64,000 bases of DNA from an uncultured Fibrobacteria bacterium. Lineage in GTDB: Bacteria > Fibrobacterota > Fibrobacteria > UBA11236. This document shows positions 32,594-41,664 of this stretch, one piece after another (positions within the stretch are counted from its first letter, which is position 1; the number at the start of each line of letters is the position of its first letter). The notes under the pieces are model-generated. The model saw only the letters and a list, made by a program, of their open reading frames with translations. It was not told the DNA's origin and ran no database searches. Location: contig OY970309.1 in the NCBI GenBank assembly GCA_963716395.1, positions 1,376,001 to 1,440,000 of the forward strand, read 5' to 3'. Both the position numbers and the translations under genes were made by a program.

Positions 32594-33293
32594 ACTCTCG
32601 CGTTTTGGAATCGCGGCGGCCGCCTTGTGCGGACTGTGCTGCCTGCATTGCGGCGAGCCCATCGCCGGCACGTCCACCACGGTGGGCAATTCCATCACGG
32701 CCCGGGCCTTGCGCGCCGACGGATCGCCGGCGACGGGAGCGCAGGTTGCGGCTCGCACCCAGGACATCGTGTTGCAAAGCGGCCAACCCCAAAGCCGGCT
32801 GTTGGCCTCGGCCACTGCCGACAGCAGCGGCCGCTTCACCTTGCCCGTGTCGCCGCGCGCCGACTACTATCTCGAAATCCGGGAATGCGGCTCCGATTCC
32901 TGTGCGGCCGCGCCGCCCATCGAAGTTTTCTTTCAGCATTACTTCGATAGCCTGGCCATGGATTCGTCTTTGGGAACGCTGCGCCTCGCGCCGGCGGCCG
33001 CGCTCACGGGCCGGCTGGTCGACACCACGGCGCATGCGGCGGGAACGGTGACCTGGGTGGGAATTCGCGGCACGGCCGATTTCGCGCGCGTGAATCCCGC
33101 GGCCGATTCCTTAGGCGGTGAAGCTTTCGAAATTGAAGGGGTGTATGTGGGCGCGTATGATTTGGCTGCGGTGTTCGCAACCGGAGCCGCCGTCGACGCC
33201 GTCACCCTGCTCACCCTGCCCGCGCCCATCAGCACGCCTCAGGTGGTCACCGGCGCCGTCATCGATTTGGGTCCGGTGTATTACGCACCCTGA
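32580..33293 (+). CDS. Lipoprotein with carboxypeptidase-regulatory-like domain (TIGR02147-associated)
   Basis: Signal peptide with Cys followed by AGTSTTVGN; ATADSSGRFTL motif; overlaps the TIGR02147 gene end. Confidence 0.75.
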   Translation: MRRNKLSRFGIAAAALCGLCCLHCGEPIAGTSTTVGNSITARALRADGSPATGAQVAARTQDIVLQSGQPQSRLLASATADSSGRFTLPVSPRADYYLEIRECGSDSCAAAPPIEVFFQHYFDSLAMDSSLGTLRLAPAAALTGRLVDTTAHAAGTVTWVGIRGTADFARVNPAADSLGGEAFEIEGVYVGAYDLAAVFATGAAVDAVTLLTLPAPISTPQVVTGAVIDLGPVYYAP

Positions 33294-33333
33294 ATCAGGT
33301 AACTTACAGGATACGTTGGGTTCGTCCTTTCTT
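33267..33333 (+). repeat. 67-bp direct repeat, left copy (overlaps the lipoprotein 3' end)
   Basis: ttgggtccggtgtattacgcaccctgaatcaggtaacttacaggatacgttgggttcgtcctttctt; 64/67 identical to 39621-39687. Confidence 0.95.
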
Positions 33334-33621
33334 GGCGGCCCCGACATTTCGGCGGTCGAGGCCGCGTCCTGTCCGCGCGGGCGAGAGCCCGAATCGCCTC
33401 ACAAAAAGCTTTGGTTACGAACGCGGCGTCGGGCCTATAAGTTTGGATTCGCCTTGGTGTTGGGGATCTTAATCCTGTATTATTTTGCAGTGTCTTTCAT
33501 CCGGCAGGTGTGGGCGGGATTGAAAAACCTGGGAAAGCGCGACAAGCCGTTGGCATTGTTTTCCGGGGCGCAATTGGACTGGACCGCGCCGCTTTTGGCG
33601 CCCAGCAGGAACGAAAAATGA
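33316..33621 (+). CDS. Possible small single-pass membrane protein
   Basis: TTG at 33316 after AGGA inside the repeat; basic stretch then hydrophobic FGFALVLGILILYYFAVSFI. Confidence 0.35.
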   Translation: MGSSFLGGPDISAVEAASCPRGREPESPHKKLWLRTRRRAYKFGFALVLGILILYYFAVSFIRQVWAGLKNLGKRDKPLALFSGAQLDWTAPLLAPSRNEK

Positions 33622-34031
33622 AGTGACGCCTGGCCCGACCGAAGCCAAAGCACGGGAATCGTACCTTCCATCCGAAGCGCGGCAGCAGGGAAATCGTGAT
33701 GTCGGCCCGGGTCGAAAAAGCAGGATGGCAAAACGATTTATCAGAAATAATCCATCCGGCCCGTCTTGAATTCCGACGCGCACGCCGCTCATTTTGGTTT
33801 GAAGTTTGTCGCACTTCGTCTAAATGCGATCCAGGAATGGAGAAACCGCATTCTCACTTTGTGTGCGCGGCTAAATATTCGCAACCTTGCAATCAAATTA
33901 TCGAGCTCAGCAAAAAAATGAATCGCGTGTAATAAAATTCGCAGCTGATTTTTGAAATCACGGAAAAATCCGTCCCGTGGCTCCCGAATATGACTATACC
34001 TTAGCGCTCAGAACGGGGGAGGAAGAGAGAA

Positions 34032-35240
34032 ATGCGGGAAAAGCAATTAGTAAAAATCGAAAAAAGAGGAAAAGAAAAATTAGTGATTTTTGCCGGAGTC
34101 TTGCTGGCGTGGGGGCTCGCCTCCGTGACGGCACAACCGGCCACGGCGCCGTTGACGCCCAACACGCCCTGCGCTTCCAGCGCCGGCAGCGCCACCGACA
34201 CCGTGGTTTCGACGCCGGATGATTCCGGGTACTACTCAATTTTTGACGGCAAAGACTTCAAGGGCTGGTGGGAAAGCTGCCAAACCGCACATTCTCCCGA
34301 GGATCGGGTGAATGGCGGTGTGTGGCTGGTGGACACCACCTATCACGCCATCACCTCGCAACAAAATCCCAATGGCGCCGGCAGCGTCATCATGACCAAC
34401 AAGAAGTACACCAACTATGAAATGATGCTCGACTATTGGAGCGATTTCGGCGACGATGGCGGCGTGTTCAACCGCACGGGCGCCACCGGCGATTGTTATC
34501 AGACCACGCTGGATTACATCCAGGCCAGCAGCGTGGGCGGATCGTACGGCGAAAACGGGTACGGCAATTTCAACATCGATCCGTATATCTTCAACAGCCC
34601 GACCGACCCGACCATCATCGCCAACACCACCCAGTGGACGTCCATCACTGCGAAAAACAATCCCACCAGCTACGGTTGCCCGGCCTCCGGCTGCACAGCC
34701 TCGAATTGGACGACGGTTTGGGATACCGGCGGCTGGATGCAGATCAAGTTCAAATTTTACGGCACGGGCGCTTCGGCATCGGACAAGGTGCACATGCAAT
34801 CGTGGTTCCGCAAATATGGCACCACGCCCTGGGTGCCGGTGCTCAACGATTCGCAGCAAATCAACACTCCCGCCGGCTATATCGGATTGCAGATCCATCA
34901 CACCCCCGGGCGCTGGAGCGGCCCCAAAGGAGCGTGGTATCGTAACATCCTGGTGCGTCCGCTCGACGGTCAGGGAAACCCAATCAATATTCCTACGGTG
35001 GTCGCTCCCGGCGTCAAAAACAACTACAAGATTTCGGCCACGGCGAACGCCTTGATGGGCACCGTGGAATCGCCGTATGAGATCACCATCACGGATTTGA
35101 GCGGACGGGTTCTCGATCGATTTGCAGGTCCGGCGGGTTCGTTCCGATATGCCTTTCATACGGCCTACCGGGGATTGATGCTGGTGCAAATCCAAACCGC
35201 TCGGGGCGAGGATTATCTCCGCGTCAGCCGGATTTTCTAA
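34032..35240 (+). CDS. Secreted DUF1080 (3-keto-glycoside lyase/hydratase-like) protein with T9SS-like C-terminal domain
   Basis: SIFDGKDFKGW, TNKKYTNYEM, DGGVF, GYIGLQIH, WYRNILVRPL; C-terminal TDLSGRVL. Confidence 0.85.
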   Translation: MREKQLVKIEKRGKEKLVIFAGVLLAWGLASVTAQPATAPLTPNTPCASSAGSATDTVVSTPDDSGYYSIFDGKDFKGWWESCQTAHSPEDRVNGGVWLVDTTYHAITSQQNPNGAGSVIMTNKKYTNYEMMLDYWSDFGDDGGVFNRTGATGDCYQTTLDYIQASSVGGSYGENGYGNFNIDPYIFNSPTDPTIIANTTQWTSITAKNNPTSYGCPASGCTASNWTTVWDTGGWMQIKFKFYGTGASASDKVHMQSWFRKYGTTPWVPVLNDSQQINTPAGYIGLQIHHTPGRWSGPKGAWYRNILVRPLDGQGNPINIPTVVAPGVKNNYKISATANALMGTVESPYEITITDLSGRVLDRFAGPAGSFRYAFHTAYRGLMLVQIQTARGEDYLRVSRIF

Positions 35241-35364
35241 ATCCGTCGCAACCTCCGCCGCATCCATCGGGTCGGCGGATTGTTTTTAAAAGCAAACTGA
35301 TAGGACGAAACGCAGTTGTGGTGATGCATTTGTTTTCAAAGCATACGGTTCGGGGCTGGAACCC

Positions 35365-36849
35365 ATGAGGAAAAGGCTTTGGTGTGTGCTGATCGGCGCC
35401 ACGATTCCCCTCTTCGCTGACGGACCGGCCCTGCATATTCACGGCGAAGGCTGGAGTCAAGCCGGCCGTATCATGCATGTCACCGATACCCTAGTTGTGA
35501 ATTTGAACGGCAACTGGGTGCAGAGCAGTGGGGCCCAGTTCACCCTCGACGCCGACTTCGGAGATCATCTGGACGGGGCCATCGGATTCGGAGCCTATCA
35601 ACTGTACAGTTCGCTGGGCAACCCCACCCAATCGCGCAATGCGTTGTCTCTTTTCAAGGATTATGTCACCCAGTCGCGCTTCACCTATTACCAGGGGGAA
35701 GAACACCATCCCTGGCTGAGCTTCACCGTGGGGGATTTTCCGTTCAATTACAATCCCGACGTGAAAAACCTCGGCGCCTATTTACTACGCGGCCCGGTGT
35801 ATCCGGGATTTCTGATGGGGGGTTTCGAAGACTTCGCGCTCGACACCACCAAGAGCAATATTCTGGGCGCGCGGGCGCATGCCAGTCTCGGAAATTTCGA
35901 CCTGGACCTGCTGCTCGTCAATGAACGGGATCTGCCGCCCACTTTCGATTGGAGCCTGGCCGGTATCGTGAAATACAAAGCCGGTCCGCTTGAGGTCGGA
36001 GCGGGCGTCAATTTCTATCGCCTGATTCCCGACAATGCGGGCTTGACCACACCCAGTTCCACCTTTTACGCCGCCGACGGCGCCGTGAACAGTGACACGT
36101 TGCCGCATAGCCCGTATGAGCTGAAATACATCGAGGTCGATTCGGCCGCGGGAAAAGCGGATACCGTGTTCTACACCCATCAAGGCACCAAGTTGATGGC
36201 CATGTTCGATTTCGACTTCAAACCCCTGTTCGACATCCACACCATGGGGCCCAACGACTTCAAGCTGTACGGAGAAGCGGCCGTACTCGGGGTGAAGAAT
36301 TACGGATCGGTATACCACGACATTTATCAGCGCATTCCGGTCATGATGGGTTTCAACGTGCCCACCTTCGGTCTCTTGGATTATTTCTCGGTCGAAGTCG
36401 AATGGTATGGCGCCCGCTATCGCAACGATCTCAGCAAGATCGGGAGCATCAACTCGCTGGCGCCTTATTTCCCGGGAATTTCGCCCCCGCAACCGGCCGT
36501 GACCTTGGGGCCTTCGCCCATTCCGGTTTCGTACCAGGATATGGTGGGGGAGGGCAATCTCTGGAGCGGCGGCGTGGATTCGTTGGGCCGGCTCGTAAAC
36601 GATCCCTCCATCCAGATCACGGGGACGGATCTCGATATCGAAGACATGACTTCCGACAACTGGAAATGGTCGGTCTTTCTGGAAAAGAAAATCCTGGACC
36701 ATATCGATCTTATCGCCCAGGTCGCCAATGATCATACCCGTCCGTCGCCGGTACGGATCAGCGGAATTTCCGAAGGCGGGGGAATGGCCGAAGGCTTCAG
36801 CTCGCTCAAGGACTGGTACGTCATGTTCCGGATGGGATACTTCTTTTGA
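35365..36849 (+). CDS. Uncharacterised outer-membrane beta-barrel, paralog 1
   Basis: Signal peptide; amphipathic strands; C-terminal DWYVMFRMGYFF; motifs shared with the next two genes. Confidence 0.75.
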   Translation: MRKRLWCVLIGATIPLFADGPALHIHGEGWSQAGRIMHVTDTLVVNLNGNWVQSSGAQFTLDADFGDHLDGAIGFGAYQLYSSLGNPTQSRNALSLFKDYVTQSRFTYYQGEEHHPWLSFTVGDFPFNYNPDVKNLGAYLLRGPVYPGFLMGGFEDFALDTTKSNILGARAHASLGNFDLDLLLVNERDLPPTFDWSLAGIVKYKAGPLEVGAGVNFYRLIPDNAGLTTPSSTFYAADGAVNSDTLPHSPYELKYIEVDSAAGKADTVFYTHQGTKLMAMFDFDFKPLFDIHTMGPNDFKLYGEAAVLGVKNYGSVYHDIYQRIPVMMGFNVPTFGLLDYFSVEVEWYGARYRNDLSKIGSINSLAPYFPGISPPQPAVTLGPSPIPVSYQDMVGEGNLWSGGVDSLGRLVNDPSIQITGTDLDIEDMTSDNWKWSVFLEKKILDHIDLIAQVANDHTRPSPVRISGISEGGGMAEGFSSLKDWYVMFRMGYFF

Positions 36850-38240
36850 AAAACCGAATTGCAAATACCGCACCGATGGTAAGCGCACTGCCGCTCGCGG
36901 TGTTGGCCGTTTGGGCGGGACTGGCGGGGAATGTCCACGCCGACGCCGCGGGCATGCAATACCATGCCGCGGGCTGGGTGCAATTCGGACGCGTCGAACG
37001 GAGCAGCGATACCATCGCCAATGCCGGCGGCATCGACAATTACAACAAGGACTGGATTCAAAATCAGGGCGGCCAAATCAGCGTGACTTCGCAAATCGGC
37101 GATCATTGGGAAGGCGCGTTCGGGTTGGGTGCGGTACAGACCACACTGTCGCGGGGCAGCATCAATTTCTCGAATGTCTGGCTGCCGTTTTGGACTTCGA
37201 TGGTCCCGGAGGCGCGGTTGACATACACCCAACCCCTGGGCGACGAACCCAAGGGCTTTCAGTTTTCGTTGGGATCGTTCCCGTACAATTACAATCCCGA
37301 CATCAAGGATTTCGGGCTCTACCTGCTGCGCGGCATGGTGTATCCCGGCGTGGTGCTGTCGGGATTCGAGGCCCAGAACGTCGCCCCCAAGACGAGCATT
37401 TTTGGCGCCATGGCCAGCCTGAAGCAGGGCGGCTTTCAGAACGATCTCATCCTGAACTCCGAAACCGAAATCCGCCCCTACTTCGATTTTTCTCTGGCCG
37501 ACGTGGTGACCTATGGCGTGATGCCCGGACTGGAAGTCGGCGCCGGGATCAATTTTTACCGCTTCATCCCGCAGAATTCCAAGGCCACCTCGCCGGACAA
37601 AAGCTGCGACAACAGCCTCAGCAATTACGACGACGTCGAGAACAAAGGCGACAACGAAGTGTGCTACATCCTCGACACCTTGAGCGCCGACACGGCGGCC
37701 GGCACGGCCCAGGTCGACACCATCACCGGTTCCATGGCCGGCACCAAGCTGATGGCGCGCCTGCACTTCGATCCCAAAATCATGTTCGGCATTTCCGGAC
37801 CTTTCGGCAAACAGGATTTGGTGCTGTACGGCGAGGCCGCGCTGCTCGGCATCAAAAACTATCCGAAATATTACAGCGATCCCTGGCAGCGCATTCCCGT
37901 CATGGTGGGCTTCAACCTCCCGGCTTTCGGCTGGCTCGACAAGTTTTCCCTGGAGGTCGAGTATTACGGATCGCAAAATTTCAACGACTACAACAAGGCC
38001 CAGGTGGAAAATTCGTGGCTGCCGTGGACGCGCGCCGTCACAGGCCAGGTCACCCGCAATGATTGGAAATGGTCGCTGTACGCTTCGCGCCTGCTAATGG
38101 CTCATTTACGGGTGGCGGCGCAGGTCGCCGACGATCATTTGCGCACCGGCGGCGCGGTGCTGGGCTTTGCCACGGGCGCCGAAGCGTTGGTTACGCCCAC
38201 GGACTGGTATTGGATGTTCAAACTCGTTTATTCCCTCTAG
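36846..38240 (+). CDS. Uncharacterised outer-membrane beta-barrel, paralog 2
   Basis: TTGA overlap (alternative ATG at 36876); FPYNYNPD, YLLRG, GTKLMA, DWKWS; C-terminal DWYWMFKLVYSL. Confidence 0.75.
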   Translation: MKNRIANTAPMVSALPLAVLAVWAGLAGNVHADAAGMQYHAAGWVQFGRVERSSDTIANAGGIDNYNKDWIQNQGGQISVTSQIGDHWEGAFGLGAVQTTLSRGSINFSNVWLPFWTSMVPEARLTYTQPLGDEPKGFQFSLGSFPYNYNPDIKDFGLYLLRGMVYPGVVLSGFEAQNVAPKTSIFGAMASLKQGGFQNDLILNSETEIRPYFDFSLADVVTYGVMPGLEVGAGINFYRFIPQNSKATSPDKSCDNSLSNYDDVENKGDNEVCYILDTLSADTAAGTAQVDTITGSMAGTKLMARLHFDPKIMFGISGPFGKQDLVLYGEAALLGIKNYPKYYSDPWQRIPVMVGFNLPAFGWLDKFSLEVEYYGSQNFNDYNKAQVENSWLPWTRAVTGQVTRNDWKWSLYASRLLMAHLRVAAQVADDHLRTGGAVLGFATGAEALVTPTDWYWMFKLVYSL

Positions 38241-38259
38241 GGCCTCAGCGGAAACCATC

Positions 38260-39579
38260 ATGCCTCCGATTAACCTGCAGCCCGCCCGTTTCCGCCTGCC
38301 GCTGTTGCTGGCCCTGGCGGTCAGTGCGTCGCCCCTCCATGCTCTGGATGCGGCCGATCTGGACGTGCACGCGTCGGGCTGGTTGCAGTACGGCCGCATC
38401 GGCCACAGTACCGATAGCATTCCCGACAATTACAAGGGCAATTCGGTGCAAACCTCCGGGGCGCAAATTTCGTTGGGGGGGAAGATTTCGGATCGGCTGG
38501 CGGTCACGGCCGGAGTCGGCGTTGAGGAATACCATTACCTCGCAGGAAGTATCAATACCGGCGGTCAATCCCCGTTGATCGAGCACCCCTTTATCACGCA
38601 GGCCGACTTCACCTATTCGTTCCGGGATGAAGACGGTTCCAAGCTCAAGTTAACCGGAGGCATGTTCAATTACGACTACAATCCCGATGTGCAGAACCTC
38701 GGCTTGTATTTGCTGCGCGGTCCCGTGTACCCGGGTATTCTGATTTCGGGTTTTGAGATCAAGCCCGTGTTGCCGGTTGCAAACCTGCTCGGTTTCCGCC
38801 TGCAAAACACGATCGGGAATTTTGAGCAGAACTTCCTCATCAACAGCGAAACGGATCTGTACCCATTTTTCGATCTTTCGCCGGCCTACGTGGCGGACTA
38901 CCATTTCGGTTCGGTGTTGCGCATCGGAGCGGGCGCTAATTTCTACCGGCTGCTGGCAATTGAAAACCGGCTGACGTCCCCCTCTAACCCCGAGCAGGAA
39001 AGACCCTACGTCGATACTGCGACGAATGATACGACCTACATTTCCTATCGCGGCACCAAATTAATGGCCGACTTCTCCTTCGACCCCAAGCTCTTGTTCG
39101 GCGGCAGCGACCTTCTGGGTCCCGAAGACTGCAAGCTCTACGGCGAAGCTGCGCTCATCGGTCTGAACAACAGCGCGGCCTATCGCGCCATTTACGGTCC
39201 GCTTTCCCATCGCATGCCCGTCATGATGGGGTTCAACGTTCCCGCCTTCAACTTCCTGGATCACCTGGCTTTGGAGGTGGAATGGTACGGCGCGACCTTC
39301 CGGGATGATTTGATCAATTACGTGATTGTGCCGTTCGGCGCCAGCAAAGCCCTGACGCCCGTCCCGGTTGCCAGCACCCATGTGAGTGGAACCCGGGATA
39401 ATTGGAAGTGGTCGCTGCACGGCGCCAAAACCATCCAGAAGCATTTGCGGTTGAGCTTTCAAGTGGCCAATGATCATTTCCGGCCGGGCGGAAGCACCTA
39501 TCTCAATCCCACGGGGGAGGTGGCGCTGTCGACCCCGAAGGATTGGTATTGGATGACCAAGATCGCCTACTTCTTTTAA
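38260..39579 (+). CDS. Uncharacterised outer-membrane beta-barrel, paralog 3
   Basis: ATG at 38260; signal peptide; same motif series; C-terminal DWYWMTKIAYFF. Confidence 0.75.
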   Translation: MPPINLQPARFRLPLLLALAVSASPLHALDAADLDVHASGWLQYGRIGHSTDSIPDNYKGNSVQTSGAQISLGGKISDRLAVTAGVGVEEYHYLAGSINTGGQSPLIEHPFITQADFTYSFRDEDGSKLKLTGGMFNYDYNPDVQNLGLYLLRGPVYPGILISGFEIKPVLPVANLLGFRLQNTIGNFEQNFLINSETDLYPFFDLSPAYVADYHFGSVLRIGAGANFYRLLAIENRLTSPSNPEQERPYVDTATNDTTYISYRGTKLMADFSFDPKLLFGGSDLLGPEDCKLYGEAALIGLNNSAAYRAIYGPLSHRMPVMMGFNVPAFNFLDHLALEVEWYGATFRDDLINYVIVPFGASKALTPVPVASTHVSGTRDNWKWSLHGAKTIQKHLRLSFQVANDHFRPGGSTYLNPTGEVALSTPKDWYWMTKIAYFF

Positions 39580-39620
39580 ACCTCATAGCCGCGTGGGCGA
39601 CGGCGGCCCACGGACCCCTA

Positions 39621-39687
39621 TTGGGTCCGGTGTATTACGCACCCTGAATTAGGTAACTTACAGGATACGTTGGGTTCGCTCTTTCTT
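39621..39687 (+). repeat. 67-bp direct repeat, right copy
   Basis: ttgggtccggtgtattacgcaccctgaattaggtaacttacaggatacgttgggttcgctctttctt; 3 mismatches to the left copy. Confidence 0.95.
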
Positions 39688-39813
39688 CGCGTCCCGCCGT
39701 TTCCCTTCCCCGGCCCGGCCGTTGTAACAGGGAAATATCGGCGTAGCCCTCTCTAGCTATATTCCCGGTCAGGAAAAGCCGCCGCATCCCGAAGACGCGG
39801 CGTCGGCTTGGAT

Positions 39814-41490
39814 ATGCAACCGAATCCGCTCGCTGGCAAACCCGTACCCGCTTCGATGCTCGTGAATGTGCCCGAACTCGTGACGGCCTATTACACCGGA
39901 ATTCCCGATCCTTCGGCGCCGGAGCAACGGGTCGCTTTCGGTACTTCGGGCCACCGCGGGTCGGCCTGCAAACAGGCTTTCAACGAAAGGCATATCCTCG
40001 CCATCACCCAGGCCATTTGCCTCTACCGCCGGCAAAACCAGATCGACGGACCGCTGTTCCTGGGCCTGGACACGCATGCGCTCTCGGTGCCGGCGCAGGC
40101 CACGGCGCTGGAAGTGCTGGCGGCGCATGAGGTGGAGGTCATGATCGCCGCAGGCGGCGAATACACGCCGACGCCCGCCGTCTCGCACGCCATTCTCACT
40201 TACAACCGCGGGCGCGAAAGCGGCCTGGCCGACGGCATCGTCATCACGCCTTCGCATAATCCCCCGCAGGACGGCGGGTTCAAATACAATCCGCCGCATG
40301 GCGGTCCGGCGGAAGCGGCCATCACCGCGTGGATTGAAGCCAAGGCCAACGAATTGTTGGAAAAAAATTTGGACGGCGTGCAGCGAATGGATTACGCCCA
40401 AGCCCTGCGCGCCCCCACCACGCATCACCACGACTATGTCTCGGCCTATGTGATGGATCTCGCCCATGTGATCGACTTTGAAGCCGTGCGCGGCGCGGGC
40501 CTCAAGCTGGGCGTCGACCCGCTGGGCGGCGCGGGCGTGCATTATTGGGGCCCCATCGCCGCGCGCTACGGATTGGATCTCACCGTGGTCAACGATGCGG
40601 TCGACCCGACCTTCGCCTTCATGACCGCGGACTGGGACGGCCAAATCCGCATGGACCCGTCGTCGCCCTACCCCATGCAGCGCCTGATCGGCCTCAAAGA
40701 CCGCTTCGACCTCGCCTTTGCTTGTGATACCGATCACGACCGACATGGAATCGTCACCCGCGCCGGGCTGCTGCCGCCCAACCACTATCTTTCGGCCTGC
40801 GTCTCCTACCTCTTTCAACACCGTCCGCAGTGGGGAAAAGAAGCGGCCGTGGGCAAAACCCTGGTGAGCAGCGGCATGATTGATCGCGTGGCCGCCAAGC
40901 TCGGCCGCAAACTCGTCGAGGTTCCGGTGGGTTTCAAATGGTTCGTCGACGGCCTGCGCAGCGGCGCGCTCGGTTTCGGCGGCGAAGAAAGCGCGGGCGC
41001 CTCCTTCCTGCGCCGCGACGGCGGCGTCTGGACCACCGACAAAGACGGCATTCTCCTGGCGTTGCTGGCGGCGGAGATCACGGCGAAAATGGGAAGCGAC
41101 CCGGGGGAGGTTTACGCGGGACTCACGCGCGAATTCGGCGCGCCCGTCTATGACCGGGTCGAAGCGCCGGCCACGCCCGCGCAAAAGGAATTGCTGGCCA
41201 AGCTCTCGCCGCGGCAGGTGCGCAGCGCGGAATTGGCGGGCGAAAAAATAAAGAGCGTGCTCACGCGGGCGCCCGGCAACGACGCGCCCATCGGCGGCTT
41301 GAAAGTTGTGACCGAAAACGGGTGGTTCGCGGCGCGACCCTCGGGCACGGAAAACATCTACAAGATTTACGGCGAAAGCTTTCGGGGCGCGGATCACCTG
41401 CGTTGCATTTTGCAGGAAGCGCAAGTCTTGGTGGATGCGGTTTTGCACCATTCCCCGTCGGAACGGGAATCCCCTCCGACTCCCGGTTGA
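39814..41490 (+). CDS. pgm: Phosphoglucomutase (glucose-1,6-bisphosphate-dependent)
   Basis: FGTSGHRGS, ITPSHNPP, DTDHDRHG, GEESAG, RPSGTE. Confidence 0.96.
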   Translation: MQPNPLAGKPVPASMLVNVPELVTAYYTGIPDPSAPEQRVAFGTSGHRGSACKQAFNERHILAITQAICLYRRQNQIDGPLFLGLDTHALSVPAQATALEVLAAHEVEVMIAAGGEYTPTPAVSHAILTYNRGRESGLADGIVITPSHNPPQDGGFKYNPPHGGPAEAAITAWIEAKANELLEKNLDGVQRMDYAQALRAPTTHHHDYVSAYVMDLAHVIDFEAVRGAGLKLGVDPLGGAGVHYWGPIAARYGLDLTVVNDAVDPTFAFMTADWDGQIRMDPSSPYPMQRLIGLKDRFDLAFACDTDHDRHGIVTRAGLLPPNHYLSACVSYLFQHRPQWGKEAAVGKTLVSSGMIDRVAAKLGRKLVEVPVGFKWFVDGLRSGALGFGGEESAGASFLRRDGGVWTTDKDGILLALLAAEITAKMGSDPGEVYAGLTREFGAPVYDRVEAPATPAQKELLAKLSPRQVRSAELAGEKIKSVLTRAPGNDAPIGGLKVVTENGWFAARPSGTENIYKIYGESFRGADHLRCILQEAQVLVDAVLHHSPSERESPPTPG

Positions 41491-41664
41491 ACCCGAACCC
41501 ATGAACTCCTCCATCCCGGCCCGACCCACAGGTTATTATCCGCGGATGGGCCCGCGGAAGGAAAAACCTGCGAGTGAACCAAAACGACAGCCGTCGCTTT
41601 GGGTGTCGACGCGCCGATGTGCAGAACCCCCGCGGCCGAAAATCCAAGCCCAAGGAGACGAACC

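Noticed and set aside
33267-39687. 67-bp repeats as integron attC sites, CRISPR repeats or dif sites
   Set aside because: GTTGGGT matches a core site but there is no RYYYAAC inverse core; only two copies 6.3 kb apart; no integrase or cas gene; no dif consensus
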